Assembly: GCA_020536535.1 (NCBI GenBank)
Contig: JAHLWZ010000197.1
Span: 62,001 to 126,000 of the forward strand
Reading direction: 5' to 3'
Length of the DNA stretch: 64,000 nt
Source: Pelomyxa schiedti
Taxonomy: Eukaryota > Protista > Evosea
Shown in pieces: positions 1-15,621 of this stretch. The position numbers and the translations under genes are program-made. Positions within the stretch are counted from its first letter, which is position 1. Every line of letters starts with the position of its first letter. The notes under the pieces were generated by a model that did not search any database, was not told where the DNA came from, and worked only from the letters and a program-made list of their open reading frames with translations.

Positions 1-2084
1 GGACAAAATACGATACAAGGGACTTCAAGACAAGGCGCAGTTGGACACTGAGCCAGACCTGTGGATCAGGATCGTGCCAGACAAGGAGGCGGGGACCATC
101 ACGATCTGGGACACTGGCGTCGGCATGACCAAGAGCGAGCTCATCAGCAACCTGGGGACCATCGCCAAGTCCGGCACCAAGTCGTTCATGGAGCAGCTCA
201 CGCAGGGGACCGCCGACATCAGCATGATCGGCCAGTTTGGCGTCGGGTTCTACAGCTCGTACCTGGTCGCCGACAAGGTGTCGGTGGTGTCCAAGGCCAA
301 CGAGGACGAGCAGTACTTGTGGGAGAGCAGCGCCGGCGGCGAGTTCACGATCACGCTGGACACGAGGGGCGAGCGCCTCAAGCGGGGCACCAAGGTGATC
401 CTCAAGGTCAAGGAGGACCAGCACGACTACCTCGACGTCAAGAAGATCAAGGACATCATCAAGAAGCACTCTGAGTTCATCCAGTACCCCATCTCGGTCT
501 ACGAGACCAAGGAGAAGGAGGAGGAGATCACCGACGACGAGGCCGAGGCCGCCGCTTCCGCTCCTGAGAAGACTGAGGAGCCGGCGGCCGCTGACAAGCC
601 AAAGATCGAGGACATATCTGATGACAAGGCCAAGCCAGCAAAGAAGAAGAAGAAGGTCAAGTCTGTGTCCCATGAGTGGGTCCAGGTCAACAAGCAGAGG
701 CCAATTTGGACGCGGAACCCGAGCGAGATCACCAAGGAGGAGTACGGCGCCTTCTACAAGACTATCTCGAACGACTGGGAGGAGCACCTCGCCGTCAAGC
801 ACTTTAGCGTCGAGGGCCAGCTGGAGTTCAAGGCCATTCTGTTTGTGCCAAAGAGGGCTCCGTTTGACCTGTTTGAGTCTAAGAGGAAGCTCAACAACAT
901 CAAGCTGTACGTGAGGAGGGTGTTTATCATGGACGACTGCAGGGAGCTTATACCAGAGTACCTCAACTTCATCAAGGGAATCGTGGACAGCGAGGACCTG
1001 CCGCTCAACATTTCCCGTGAGACGCTCCAGCAGAACAAGATTCTCAAGGTGATCAGGAAGAACTTGGTCAAGAAGTGCATTGAGCTGTTTGTGGAGCTGC
1101 AGGAGAACAAGGAGGACTACAAGAAGTTCTATGAGGCGTTCAGCAAGAATATCAAGCTGGGAATTCATGAGGACTCGCAGAACCGCGCCAAGCTGGCTGA
1201 GCTGCTCAGGTTCTACTCCACCAAGTCGCTGGACGAGATGACCACCTTTAAGGACTATGTGACCAGGATGAAGGAGGGGCAGAAGGACATCTACTACATC
1301 ACCGGAGAGAGCAAGAAGGCCGTAGAGAACTCTCCGTTCCTCGAGGGATTCAAGAAGCGCAACGTGGAAGTACTGTTCCTCACTGAGCCTATCGACGAGT
1401 ATGCCGTGCAGCAGCTCAAGGAGTTTGACGGCAAGAAGCTCATTGCAGTCACCAAAGAGGGTCTGAAGCTGGACGACCTTGACACGGAAGAGGAAAAGAG
1501 AAAGCAGGCCGAACTTGTTCAGCAGAATGAGACTCTTTGCAAGACCATTAAAGATATTCTTGGTGACAAGGTGGAGAAGGTATTTGTCAGCAACAGGTTG
1601 GTCACTTCGCCCTGCGTCCTCGTTACCGGTGAGTATGGCTGGAGTGCAAACATGGAGCGCATCATGAAGGCACAAGCTCTGCGCGACTCTTCAATGTCTA
1701 CCTACATGACTTCAAAGAAAATGTTAGAGCTGAATGTTGAGCATCCAATTATTACAGAGCTCAAGAAGCAAGCCGATGTGAGTAACTCAAACCCTAATAA
1801 CATATCTTTGCAACTTGGACTAATTCTTTCCGCAGAGGGATAAGGGTGACAAGACCGTGAAGGATCTTATCTGGTTGCTCTTTGAAACCGCTCTTCTCAC
1901 ATCTGGTTTCTCACTTGAGGACCCAACTGCGTTCGGCTCCCGCATTCACAGAATGATCAAGCTTGGGCTGTCCATTGAGGATACACCGGCACCAGAGGCA
2001 ACAACCACCACACCACCCCCACTTGAGTCTACAGGCACCTCCGAGGAGGCAGCGGAGACCACCAAGATGGAGGATGTTGACTAG
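1..2084 (+). CDS. HSP90: Cytosolic heat shock protein 90 (5' end outside window; one intron 1778-1835)
   Basis: The frame is open from the window start ([14 protein letters not shown]). It contains [20 protein letters not shown], the charged linker, [10 protein letters not shown] and [22 protein letters not shown]...CGCAG intron joins ORF 41-1843 to ORF 1857-2084. The protein ends in MEDVD, a variant of the cytosolic MEEVD motif. Confidence 0.98.
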
Positions 2085-2284
2085 AAGTATTTCCACAACA
2101 AGCACGCAGTACACCAGGCAGTAAAGTAGTGAGTTGTATGCACTTATTTTACCTTGCTAAATAAAAAAAAACCTTGTTTTTGGCTACACTTGGCTGTGAG
2201 TTTTCTTTGCAGAAAGAAACAACCTTCTAAAGAAAAAAAAACCAAGTAAAGAAAAGAAAGTATCTTGATACAGCAAGGTTAACT

Positions 2285-5108
<2,824 letters not shown>

Positions 5109-5277
5109 CTTTTCTTGTGTCAGATCTCCAATACCTCAGTGGTTACGATGCCAAACGGACTCGGTTTTTTGATCGCCAACCGAATTTTCAGGAAAAAAGC
5201 AAAAATATGTTTACCAAGTCCATGTTGTCAAAAAAAGTACTGGAAATTATATAAAAATAAAACAACCGAAGAACAGG

Positions 5278-5393
5278 ATGAGCTCGAGCGTCGATGTCAT
5301 CAACAACCCTGACGGCGTGTTTGTTGTGACGGATCTTCCCCAACGTCTCCAACAGGATATTGTGAGGGTAGCACAGGAACAGCTGGGGACAAA
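5278..5393 (+). other. Probable 5' exon of an unidentified, possibly disrupted gene
   Basis: MSSSVDVINNPDGVFVVTDLPQRLQQDIVRVAQEQLGTK is followed by a GTATGT donor and lies divergent from the dynamin start. No convincing downstream exons were found. Confidence 0.3.
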
Positions 5394-5751
5394 GTATGTT
5401 TGTTTGCCTGTTTGTTTTCACCACCTAGTGCTTTTTTTTTTTTTGTTCCTCTTTGTTATGGAAAATATATAATTGACCTGGATGCTGCTGTTCAATTATT
5501 GGTGGTTACAACTATCCCCCACTTCCAGTCAAAAGAAGCTGCCAAGATTACTCAGGCAGTCACATACTCCAGGATATCTTCTCACATTGTCTCTCCACCA
5601 AACATTCCTGCTCTGGAGCATCCATACAGCACTCCACCTACATCCAGTATGACACAGGGAGGCCCTCCAGCTGATGAAATCCAGGTGAAAGAAGACTTGT
5701 GCTTGGTGCTCAATGGGTCCCTGCTCCTGTTCTGCTGGTTCTTCATGAACT

Positions 5752-6192
5752 TGAGCTGGGGTTGTTTGTGTTGAGGATGCCACCTGGTTGGCACAACTGT
5801 TGAGGCATTGAAGCAGTTGGTCAAATGCATCATGGTGCTCTGGTCCAATGATCAATTCCCCAGTGCTCAGAAATGCATTTGTCAGTGGGGTGAGAAAGGC
5901 TCAGTACTTCTGGAGGTGACTGTCAACCCATTGGTGACCCTGAAGATGGTGCTGGACAAATATCACTACAGTGGTAAATGTTGGCAGTGATGCAACACAA
6001 GCTTCTTGTAGGTCAATCACCAGGTCACTGGCCAAACTGGGGAAGCCTTTCTCACCACACTGACAAATGCATTTCTGAGCACTGGGGAATTGATCATGGG
6101 CCAGAGCACCACAATTGTGTTTGACCAACTGATTCAATGCCTCAACAGTTGTGCCAACCAGGTGGCATCCTTGACACAAACAACCCCACAAC
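5752..6192. repeat. Imperfect long inverted repeat (~145 bp arms, ~140 bp spacer) inside a CpG-depleted degenerate element
   Basis: ~5755-5901 (ggggttgtttgtgttgaggatgccacctggttggcacaactgttgaggcattgaa...tgagaaaggct) is the reverse complement, with scattered mismatches, of ~6043-6190 (agcctttctcaccacactgacaaatgcatttctgagcactggggaattgatca...acaaacaacccc). Confidence 0.9.
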
Positions 6193-6954
6193 TGCAACCA
6201 CCATCCAGATGCACACACGGTTGTGCAGTTGGCTTTGGTGTTATGTCACCTCCAAATTTTACATCACCCAGCACCGACAAAAGTTCTCAGTAATTTTAAA
6301 CACAATGAAACTTTTTCGGCAGTTTTATGGAATGAACCAACATACAGACGGTATCTGTGTGAATGTGACTCCCAATGAATGAGTGAGTAATGGAGCTCAA
6401 ATGGCAGATTTGTGTGATTGGTTGTGGTGAGGGAGTCCCACTGCAGCCTCTGTTTTATGCCCCTGTGGGATCCCCTGTGGTACAGCTGTGTTACAACAGA
6501 TTTTGGTGGAATTTTGAAGGGGCCCATGGTATGTCGCTTTGGTGTTGATATCTGCATCACTTTGTGATAATAAAATCTGGTAAGCTGGAGGTAGATTCGT
6601 TGGCAAAATTGCCAGGCACTACATCCCCAGTTGGGAGCAATCTACAGGCTAAGAAGAAGCAATACAATAGCAGGCTGCCCTGCCATGATGCAAAGTGAAG
6701 AGGAGATAAAGACTCTGACCTAATTTTGTGCATAGTTTTCATTTGAATTGAACCCATGCACATTTCCTTCTCAGTGCTGTGGGATAACCTTTACCCCACA
6801 TACACCTCAGTCATCAAACGAGGCACTCTGATATCTTTCCAAATATCCACAATCAAAGAAACCTACCCCTATAGCTCCCACCAGTTCCTCAACAACATCA
6901 GTGTGCCTGTATACACAGGCCGGTACGAGCCCATGTCCACCAGCCTCCGTGTGT

Positions 6955-7330
6955 AATAATGGGAGTGGTTGTTGACCTGCGCATCAAATACCATGTCCTT
7001 GACCACCTTCAAGTGTCTGTGCTTGACAGCAGCATGGAGTGGTGTCCTTCCATTTCTAGAGTGCCTCTTCATAAACTCTAAATCGTAGAACCCCTTCCCT
7101 CCTCCACTGGTGCCTGGTATCTGTCCGTTTGGGACAGATATGCAACCGTTGTAGTAGTAGCAGTAGACATCTTCTTGTGCCTTCGCCTCGGTCTGGGTCC
7201 TCGCATCTGTGGCTATGCTCACCAAGAAAAGCTTCTTGGTCGACCAACAGCAGGGTCCTCACGGTAGCGGCGTCGACTTTGGCCGCGGCATAGAGGCCGA
7301 GGTCACGACTGTGCCTCTTAGACGGAAAGC
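6955..7330 (-). pseudogene. Ankyrin-repeat fragment, frameshifted or truncated
   Basis: NGRTPLHAAVKHRHLKVVKDMVFDAQVN matches the ankyrin consensus (G-TPLH-A...VV). An upstream ank-like segment (LYAAAKVDAATVRTLL) is in another frame, and the sequence runs into the degenerate CpG-poor region. Confidence 0.45.
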
Positions 7331-7494
7331 AACTGCACCTCGTGGCTCTGGTCTTGAAGCTCTCGTTCTTCCTCCAGGGGCTTGTGTTCGCCCCATTTGA
7401 TCGTTTCGCCCTTTCGTCTGATTCCCGTGGGTTGAAAATAAAGGAAAAGAACGCCCTGATCAGATAAGATCCCAACCGGCCGTAGGAGCGGAGG

Positions 7495-9311
7495 ATGGCT
7501 TGTTGTCGCTTGATTTTTGCAACTCTACTGGGGTTGTTGGTTGCGGTGGTGGTGGTGGGTGATTCAGATTTCGACGTGCGGCAACACACGTGCACAAAAA
7601 CACCGTATAGAAACGACCGGTTGTGGACTGTTTCATCTCCTGACGTAGATCCGGAAAATTGTGAAGTCGTGCACATAAATACCGTAACGAGACACGGATC
7701 TCGTTTTCCAACACAGTCCTCATGCGAGGTTTGATTTTCATCCTGTGCTTATAATTCACAAACAAAAATCTCTAGGAGTATGACCAGCTGGCAGCATATC
7801 TGGCTAAACAAAAGTCCCTCAAGCAGGGATACGAGTGGCTGTCTTCATGGCAAAATCCTTATACGATAGCTGTAAGTGGATTGCTGTGTGATATGGGAGA
7901 GAATGAGTTGTATGATCTTGGTACCAGGCTGGCCCAAGACTACCCCACATTTTTGACTCCTGATCTCACTCTGAATCAGGTTCCAGTTCAATGCACACAG
8001 GTAATTCTTTCTCCTATTTTGGGTTGTTTCAATAAATTTCAAGACAACAAGAACTGGGCAAAGTGCCACTTCCTTTCTACTTGCTTTGTCAGAAAATCTG
8101 GGTGGCCTCACCTCATGCAAACTTCCTGCATTTTCCATGTTTTCTGATACTAAGTCTATGGACAAAACCCTTCGCTTCTTTGATGCATGCCCGGCCTATG
8201 AAGCAGCAGTTTGCTTTGAATTCTTTGGGGTTTCTTGACACATACTGCAGATGGATGCTGGACTTGGTACAGAACAATCTGATTTATATGCAGAAAGAAA
8301 TATTCCGGCAGTTATTGCCGATGTGTCGGATCGCACTGGTTCAACTCGCCTTTATCCTTTCCAATTTGTCAATTAACTAACTCCTAGGCTTGACAATGTT
8401 GACGGGTGACTATATCTCAAATATGTGGGAACTATGCACATATGATATTGTGATGGAAAACAGCACCGATCAGTGGTGTTCATTATTCTCTGAATCGGAT
8501 ATACTGGTTTTTGAAACAATTGAAGATCTTGAAGTTTGTACTTTCTTTTTCCCGCTCGTTCTTATGATCCACAAAGCACTACTATGAGCATGTGGGTATC
8601 CTTTAAAACAACGTAAGTGAAATAAACTCTCAAAGGGGTATGGACTTGAAATAAATACCCAAATGGGATGTGCTCTCCTGCAAGAGGTTGTGGAAATTAT
8701 GGATGCAGTCTGGAACTATGACACCGACTCAGATTACTATGATGATTCAGCAAAATTTAGGTTGATAAGCGGTTTGAGGGGAAATTTTGAGATCATTTGT
8801 TAGATTTGCACATGCAGAAACTATAATGCCCCTTGTTTCCTTGTTGGTATGACTGAAACTCAACTTGCACTCCCACAAATTACTTGCCTTTCTAGGGACT
8901 CTTTAAAGACAACGTCACACTTACTGCCGATACCCCTGCTGACGTTTTAGCTGCAAGGCAGTGGAGAACCTCGATCCTCGCCATTTTTTCTGCAAACTTC
9001 CAATTTGTGCTCTACAATTGCACGGGTGTAGCCTATGTACGTACTACAGCCCCACTTTAACTTAATGTTTGTTCCAGGTCCACACAAGGTTCAACGAGCA
9101 GGACATTGTTCTTCCTGGGTGTCATGACTCTTTCTGCTTGTACACAACATTCAAGGACTCCTATGCCAGCATTCTGAACCTTGACTTCACCACCCTCTGC
9201 ACTGTACCATCGTCCTCTGCCATGCAATCAAACAACGTGGCTGTACCAAGACCCTCTGTGGCAACCCTCCTGTTTTTCCTGTCACTCTGCATTCTTGCAC
9301 TCATATTATGA
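7495..9311 (+). CDS. MINPP1: Multiple inositol polyphosphate phosphatase / phytase-like histidine acid phosphatase (multi-exon, secretory)
   Basis: There is an N-terminal hydrophobic signal. The catalytic motif RHGSRFP (RHGxRxP) is present, along with LRFFDACP, WCSLFS, FAHAETIMPLVSLLGLF and NFQFVLYNC. The hydrophobic C-terminus (TLLFFLSLCILALIL) suggests a GPI or TM anchor. Confidence 0.9.
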
Positions 9312-9488
9312 CTGGCCAAATACCACCCAAACGCACTCAACGTTTGTAGCAGTGTCCCCCAATACAACAAAAAGAATTGAGTTTTTGCCCATCACTTGTT
9401 TTGTTTGGTTTGTAAAACAAGTGGCGCTTCGAGGAAAATTTTCCAGGAAGAGGTGGCATCAATGTCAAAAACCTGGGTGGGAATCAAC

Positions 9489-10736
9489 TTACTGTTTGGG
9501 CAGGTACAGTTCATATAGGTTCTTACCTCCTCTCCAGAATTTTTCCACCAGGAACTGCAACTTGAATGAAAACCACGAATCACAATCCAACCCAGAAGTA
9601 GATGCAACAGCTTCAAAACCAGGAGAATTACTTCCATCCACATGACGCATGGAGTTGTAAACCACACTGCATCGCTGAATTGGCGATAATTCAGCACATG
9701 TGGGGCCAAAACCAAGCGGACTCTTCTTGTCTGCATAAATACGGCCCCAGCAGTCTGTAAAGTTGCTAGTGAGCAATGGAGTCACGGCAGCGGCCGTGTG
9801 TGATGTCGTTGGTCCGTTGTCACAGTGGTTTGGTGTTGGGTACTCCTCCAGCATTTTTTGTGCAAGTTCAGTCTGGGTCAACAAGCAATGGGAATGATAC
9901 CGAGCTGAGCACGAGGTGGGGCCACCAGAACCAAACAACCAGTGTAACAGAATCATTGGAATCACAAGGGAAGCTGTGGTGAATAAAAAGCCACGCCTTC
10001 CGCTGCTGTTCCGCATTGTGCAGAGTTTAGTGCACACCCAACACAGGGCGAGGTGGAGTGCTGATTCCACAATGAGAACACAACAGGAACCGGGAGAGTG
10101 CAGTGGCGAGGAGGGTGCGGTCAGAATTGGAGCTAGTGATTCGCACATTTGTTCAGTAGGCTCGAATTGAGGCAGCAGAGGGGCCTCGGCCTGGCACTGC
10201 AAGAATTTGTCTGGTCCCATCGATGATATCTGGGATGACACCACCATGTGAGAGCAAGAGCAATGAGGTAGTTGCTGCTGCTGCTGTTGTTGTTGTTGTG
10301 TTTGTGTAGAAGAAGGAGTAGAGGGGTCTTTCAGAGCAGAGGAAGAGGGTTTGCATTCACCTGTGAGGAATTGTGGGACACAAATTGGCGCGCAGGTGTG
10401 GAATTCTGCAGAGGAGAAGAGGCACGACAGGCACGTCTCCTCTACTGTGAAGCAGCTGTGTGCGAGGTTTGCCTTGAGACACTCGTACCGCAGTGTGTCC
10501 AGGGTGCCCTTATGGGTGCAATTTTGGTTTTTCAGTTTCGCTGTTTAATTTAACACCACCCAGTGGGCCCAGAGGAAAACAAAAAAAAATAAAATAAAAA
10601 AAATGATGCAAACCATGCAATTGAGTGTTGCATCGCGCAAGTGCGCCATCATCCAAGTGTCGGTGACCATCGTGGTACCTCCCATAATGAACACAAACGC
10701 CGACAGCACAAAAGCACGGCCCCACATCCACTTCAT
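9489..10736 (-). CDS. Hypothetical Cys-rich membrane or secreted protein (multi-exon)
   Basis: It has a hydrophobic N-terminus (MKWMWGRAFVLSAFVFIMGG) and a Cys-rich second exon (CLKANLAHSCFTVEETCLSCL). A 252-aa ORF carries hydrophobic segments. No family was recognised. Confidence 0.45.
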
Positions 10737-10769
10737 CTTTCGTGACGGCACCCAACTTGGGTTTCGGAA

Positions 10770-12819
10770 ATGGTTGAGTTGAGATTCCTCATGCTATGTC
10801 CTGGAGGACACTCACTTACAAAGGGAAGGGAGTGTGGGCTTGACAGTAGTTGCCGGCTGCCACACTGCGAATCAAATACGGAAAGGATTTATAAAACGAC
10901 AGATCTCGGAATGTCGTGTATTGGCAGCATGCAGGAGTTGTTGTCGTCGGGAGCTGTACCGCGTGCTGTGAAGCACATGGGGGCACTGTTTGAATATGCG
11001 TGTGATTGCGATCTGTGGACGGTAATCGAAGGCGCGTACAAAAGCGGCCCGCCGTTTTTTTTTTTTTTTCTTTTACATTTTCTTCGTGAGCGCTAACGAT
11101 TGCGTTCTGCAGCTACGAGATTTTGGCTGGTGAACTCACAACCACAGCTGGGATTTTTGAACTTGAAGATGTTGGTGGCTGCAATCTCGCATAGATTGGG
11201 GAACAGTCTCACCAGCAACCTTGTTGGGAGTGGTGATGAAGTGGCTGCTATGGAGTTTTGCGTCAAGTGCTTGTGCAGAATCCACGATCACCTGTCGAGT
11301 GACGAGGACATGGCCGAGGAAGAAGTGTCGGCAGCAAGCAAATCAGTTACTGCAAAGAGAGTACTCGAACTAGCTGACGAATTCCGATTCCAGGTACAAA
11401 TTCCCATTTGTGTATGATTGATCCTGCCCCGGCTTCACTTCTGCGTGGAGTAGCTCTAAATACTTCTCATCAGAGTGTGATACACCAAGCGTTTCTGAAA
11501 GGAGGCAGTTTTGAAGATCTTGTCAAACAGTTTTGCCCCATAATCGAACTGGAAGGTTCATTTAGCACATCGTTTGCCATTTTTTCCCCTCACCTCAACC
11601 AATTTAACAAAAGAAAAAAAGCTGTCGGATCTGGTTCAAAAGAATCCATGGAAGCGATTCCATAAAAAAATGAAAGCTTTCATACGCAGCTACCGCAACG
11701 AGCTGGGGAGAAGTGTTTTGGCAAATGTAACATTTTCTCAAGTTCATTTCACAGAGATCTAATCAGGTTTTTTGTTTGTCTTCAAGTACAGGTCCTCGAT
11801 GAACATATTGATGAATTGACAAGGAAGAAACCCCTCACGTGAGCTGAAATGTCCCACACTTAGTTTCTCTTGATCACAAATAACCCTTATCCAGCATTGC
11901 ACAACTGAAAGCGGAAAACCCTGAAATTGACTGGGATTCACTTGTTGAAGGACCTGATTCCACTCCAGAAGAGCTCATAAATAGTCACGTCAAGAATGCA
12001 GTTCAACCACCTCACATAAACGTCTCAGCCGAAAAACCCGACATGCCAGTCTCAAGTGGCACTTCGACCTCCACTACACACCCAGAGCAACTACGGAATA
12101 AAGGCAAGGATATCTCAAGGCAGACTGAAAAACCAAAGGCAAAACAACTGGAGGTTCAAGCGGAACAGATTCCAGAGAAACCTCTGCATCAACCCCATCC
12201 TCAACAACCTGTTCGTCCAGCCCCGCCCCCACTGCAACCGAAGCCCCAATTGCCAGCCAAACCGCAACCACCACCACAAATTCTCCCGAAACAACAACTG
12301 CAACCGTTACTGCAACCACAACCGCAACCGCAACCACAACCACAACCACAAGCTCAACCTCAGCCGTTACCACAGGCTCCAGCGCAACTACTGCAACCAA
12401 AGCAGGCTCAACCACCACCGCAATCACAGGCAGACACACAGGCACCTCCACAATCTCAACCGCAATCAGAAGTGCAGCCTCAGTCACAACCGGAACATGA
12501 AGCACACTCACAACAGTCCCCATCACCCTCCACACCCCCACAAACCCAGCAAGCCGAGCAAACCCTCCCGCTCCCCGACCCTATCCCTCCCAAGAATCCT
12601 CTTCCGCTTCCACTGCCGTTGTTACCCTTGCCCTCACCACTTCCTCTGCCCACACCAACCACCAAACCCAAACCGCAAACAATGAAAACTCCACGTGGGC
12701 CCCCTACAACAACCAACAAGGCTCAGACCCCAGCACCAACCACCAAATCAACTCCCGCAGGACCACAGTCCAAAAAGAAACGAGCCGCCACCACAGCCAA
12801 GAAAGGCAAGAAGACATGA
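10770..12819 (+). CDS. Hypothetical protein with Pro/Gln-rich low-complexity tail and basic C-terminus (multi-exon)
   Basis: A chain of plus-strand exon-like ORFs is separated by short pyrimidine-rich introns. It ends in a 258-aa ORF with QPQPQP and LPLP repeats and KKKR...KKGKK (possible NLS). Confidence 0.6.
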
Positions 12820-12960
12820 TCTTAACTTTATTAAAACTATTACGTTACACAGAACTTCTTTACTTGTTCGAAAACTCTAAAAACTGTATGGAACTAGTGA
12901 TTTGGGTTTGCTTTGTGGTTCTTGCATGTCCCACAGAGTACGCAAGGATTTGCCAATTCA

Positions 12961-14139
12961 TCAACAAAAGAGCACATGAACACTCCAAACATGAGAGCCA
13001 TCACTAAGGGGTGCTGCAATCTCCATTAATAGGGTTCCACTGACATCAGTCACTTGAAGAAGTCTGGTGGTATCTCTTGATCCAGGGGGCTGTGGTTCCC
13101 AGCTGAATATAAGTCCATTTTGCGCAAGTAAACCAGGATTAGGCGTGGGTGCCAATTGGAGGCTGAAGCATGGCGTTGAGGGGGCATTCACGTCGATTAT
13201 GTCTATAGTTAGTATGGGGCCCAAGATTTCTGGGTACATGCAGAAGTGTGATTCATCAACGCCAATGAGTGAGTTGTCTGTAGGAAGTTTCACCAACTTG
13301 GAAGCCGGCTTTAATAAAACATGAAACCCACCAAGTCCAGTGAGGTAGGCGAAGCTTCCTTGCTTGTCCCTCATAACATGGGGCACTACTTCCTGCAGCA
13401 TCCAAACATCAATGTTGACTGGCTCTCCAACACACCGAACCATCCCATCCGCGTCGAATGGGTTCTCCAAGTCCACAATGATGTGATTCAAGTCACCAGA
13501 TTCAGAAACACTTGAAATGACTGAGACCTCATCATAAAACCCAACAGCGTGATGCTGGAAGTGCGTGAACTGCACGGCATCCGGAAATTTAAATGGGAGT
13601 GTACCGCGTGAACCTGGCAATTTAAGCATGTTGCAACGTTCATCAATTCTCCAGACATTCAGTTCGGTATCTCGCAATAGCACGGCCCACTTCTTGTTGA
13701 CAGCAACCCTCTTTGGCATTCCGCCATGGCTTCTATCTGTGATACCCATAATGTCCTCCACCCCCGTCTTCTCCAAGTTCCACCTGACAAGCACCCTCTC
13801 AGGATCCAGCCAAACCACACTCTGCCCCGAGTTGCGATCCGCAGCCACCAGCCTAGGAACCACACCCAATGTCGGCGACACCCCAAACATCATCGACACA
13901 CCGTCCCCCGCTGTCACAGTCGCCACCCTCTCGGTCCTCACAACCCACTTCCTCCCCAGCTCGTTCTCCAGCAGCCCGTGGGTCAGTGCACCGGCCTGGC
14001 ACTTGCCTCTCACTCCGCGTCGTGGTGCTGAATTCCTGAGCACCAGTGCCAAGCCCAAGGCCACGAATTGTTCCTTGGCATCAATTAACACCCTAGGATA
14101 GGTTGTGGGTTGCTTTGGTTTTGATTCTTGTAGTCCCAT
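12961..14139 (-). CDS. Intronless hypothetical protein (392 aa), lineage-specific family style; MG start (possible N-myristoylation)
   Basis: Uninterrupted 392-aa ORF with an N-terminal DAKEQFVALGLAL helix and a beta-rich remainder. No function was recognised. Confidence 0.8.
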   Translation of the reverse strand: MGLQESKPKQPTTYPRVLIDAKEQFVALGLALVLRNSAPRRGVRGKCQAGALTHGLLENELGRKWVVRTERVATVTAGDGVSMMFGVSPTLGVVPRLVAADRNSGQSVVWLDPERVLVRWNLEKTGVEDIMGITDRSHGGMPKRVAVNKKWAVLLRDTELNVWRIDERCNMLKLPGSRGTLPFKFPDAVQFTHFQHHAVGFYDEVSVISSVSESGDLNHIIVDLENPFDADGMVRCVGEPVNIDVWMLQEVVPHVMRDKQGSFAYLTGLGGFHVLLKPASKLVKLPTDNSLIGVDESHFCMYPEILGPILTIDIIDVNAPSTPCFSLQLAPTPNPGLLAQNGLIFSWEPQPPGSRDTTRLLQVTDVSGTLLMEIAAPLSDGSHVWSVHVLFC

Positions 14140-14286
14140 CGTTACATCATAACAATGATTTTTCGACTAAAACGAGCTAAAGATCATTGGAGATGGCAAA
14201 ACCAACGAAGAATTAGCTGGCCCTTCGGTCCAACCAAAAAACGAACTACAAAGTACAAACAGGCAAAATAACATCGAATTATTATC

Positions 14287-15554
14287 ATGGCAGCAACATC
14301 AGCAGCGTCGTCTACAACACCAGCGAGCGACGAGAGCGTTTTCCAGTTGGTCCTCAAGAGGCACTCGTGCAAGGCCTTCGCAAATACGCCGATTCCATCC
14401 GCCGTGTCTGAGGAAATAGCTGCCAAGTTGGCTTCTCCTTGGGCCAAATCCAGTTGAGTTCTCGCCCGCACCCCCCCAAAAAAAAATCCCTACGAGGATC
14501 TCCCAGCTCCTTGCCTTAAAATTCGCCATCTCGCTGTTATGGGAGTGCGATTTGAAGTAGTGGCTAGCGAAACACTTCCTAGAGCTTTGAGTTGGAGTTT
14601 GGTTTTCTAAGAAAATGTGCAGATACGCCGTTTGGAAAGGGTGCTGCATTCAGGTTTGTGTATTCTCCTGAGCACTTGAGTGGGGGTGCTGTGGGGCATT
14701 CACAAGGTACAATTATTTGTGTATGCAAAACGGATGAAGCTGATCCAGTTATTACTGAGGTTTGCTTGTTTCCTTGACTTCTCTTCTTATCTGAGAATAA
14801 TTCCGTATTTAACTATTAACACTTGCACCGGGAAAGTTATGATACTAAGCAAATATTAGTTGGACCTTTCCTACGCATTTGCTAGAATTCATATTGAGTT
14901 AATCACAAGACTTGGACTGGGTGCGTGCTGGCTATCAGCAACGCTGAATTTCAAACGTGCTTCTGTTGTTGCAGCATGTGGGGCAAACGAAGTATGTGGC
15001 ACCTACTTCCTTCACACACGTAATTTTCCTAATTTCAGACAGAAAGTACCGTTTGGAACCCCTCTTGGCTATCCCGGCTCTAGTCTTATCTCTTCCGGAT
15101 TTAATTGGCTTCAAGGTGCCGGCACGAGAAAGCCCATAGATCACTTTGCAAAGAATGCAGATATGTCACCGCTGACCCTCCCTGACACTCATGAGTGGTA
15201 TCTTTTTTTCCACACTTCATACCCATTAACGTACTTCAGGTTCAAACCCTTGGAAAGTGTTCGCTGGGCACCAACAGCTTTCAACAGACAGTGTGTTCGA
15301 GTAGTATTTGCTGACACAACCAAGCACATCTTCCACTTCTATATTGAGGGCAGTAATCAATACGTCTTTCAGGACGCAGCCATTGCAATGTACCACTTTG
15401 GTGTGCACTACTTATCCTTTTTCATCCCTCAACTCATTCTATTTCCTTCCCAGAGAGTGTTGCCAACGAGATAGGGAAACAAGGCAAATGGACACGTGAA
15501 AACCTCACAAACAAAGGCACCAACACATACATCGTAACTTGGACACAAATATGA
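14287..15554 (+). CDS. Nitroreductase-family protein, two-domain (TM1586-like), multi-exon
   Basis: The N-terminal FMN-binding motif is VLKRHSCKAF (R-x-S-x-R/K-x-F). It continues LGLGACWL, TPLGYP, RKPI, VRWAPTAFNRQ (APSAxNxQ motif) and DAAIAMYHF. The spliced last exon is ESVANEIGKQGKWTRENLTNKGTNTYIVTWTQI*. Confidence 0.85.
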
Positions 15555-15621
15555 GGAAAATAAAGAGGAAACTTTTGCTTGAACTCAATTCTCTTTTTAA
15601 TTTAATTCACTTTGGCAAAAT

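Noticed and set aside
5278-5393. Dynein light chain LC8-like start (DLPQRLQQDIV)
   Set aside because: The resemblance is weak, and no downstream WHCIVG/FGS exon was found.
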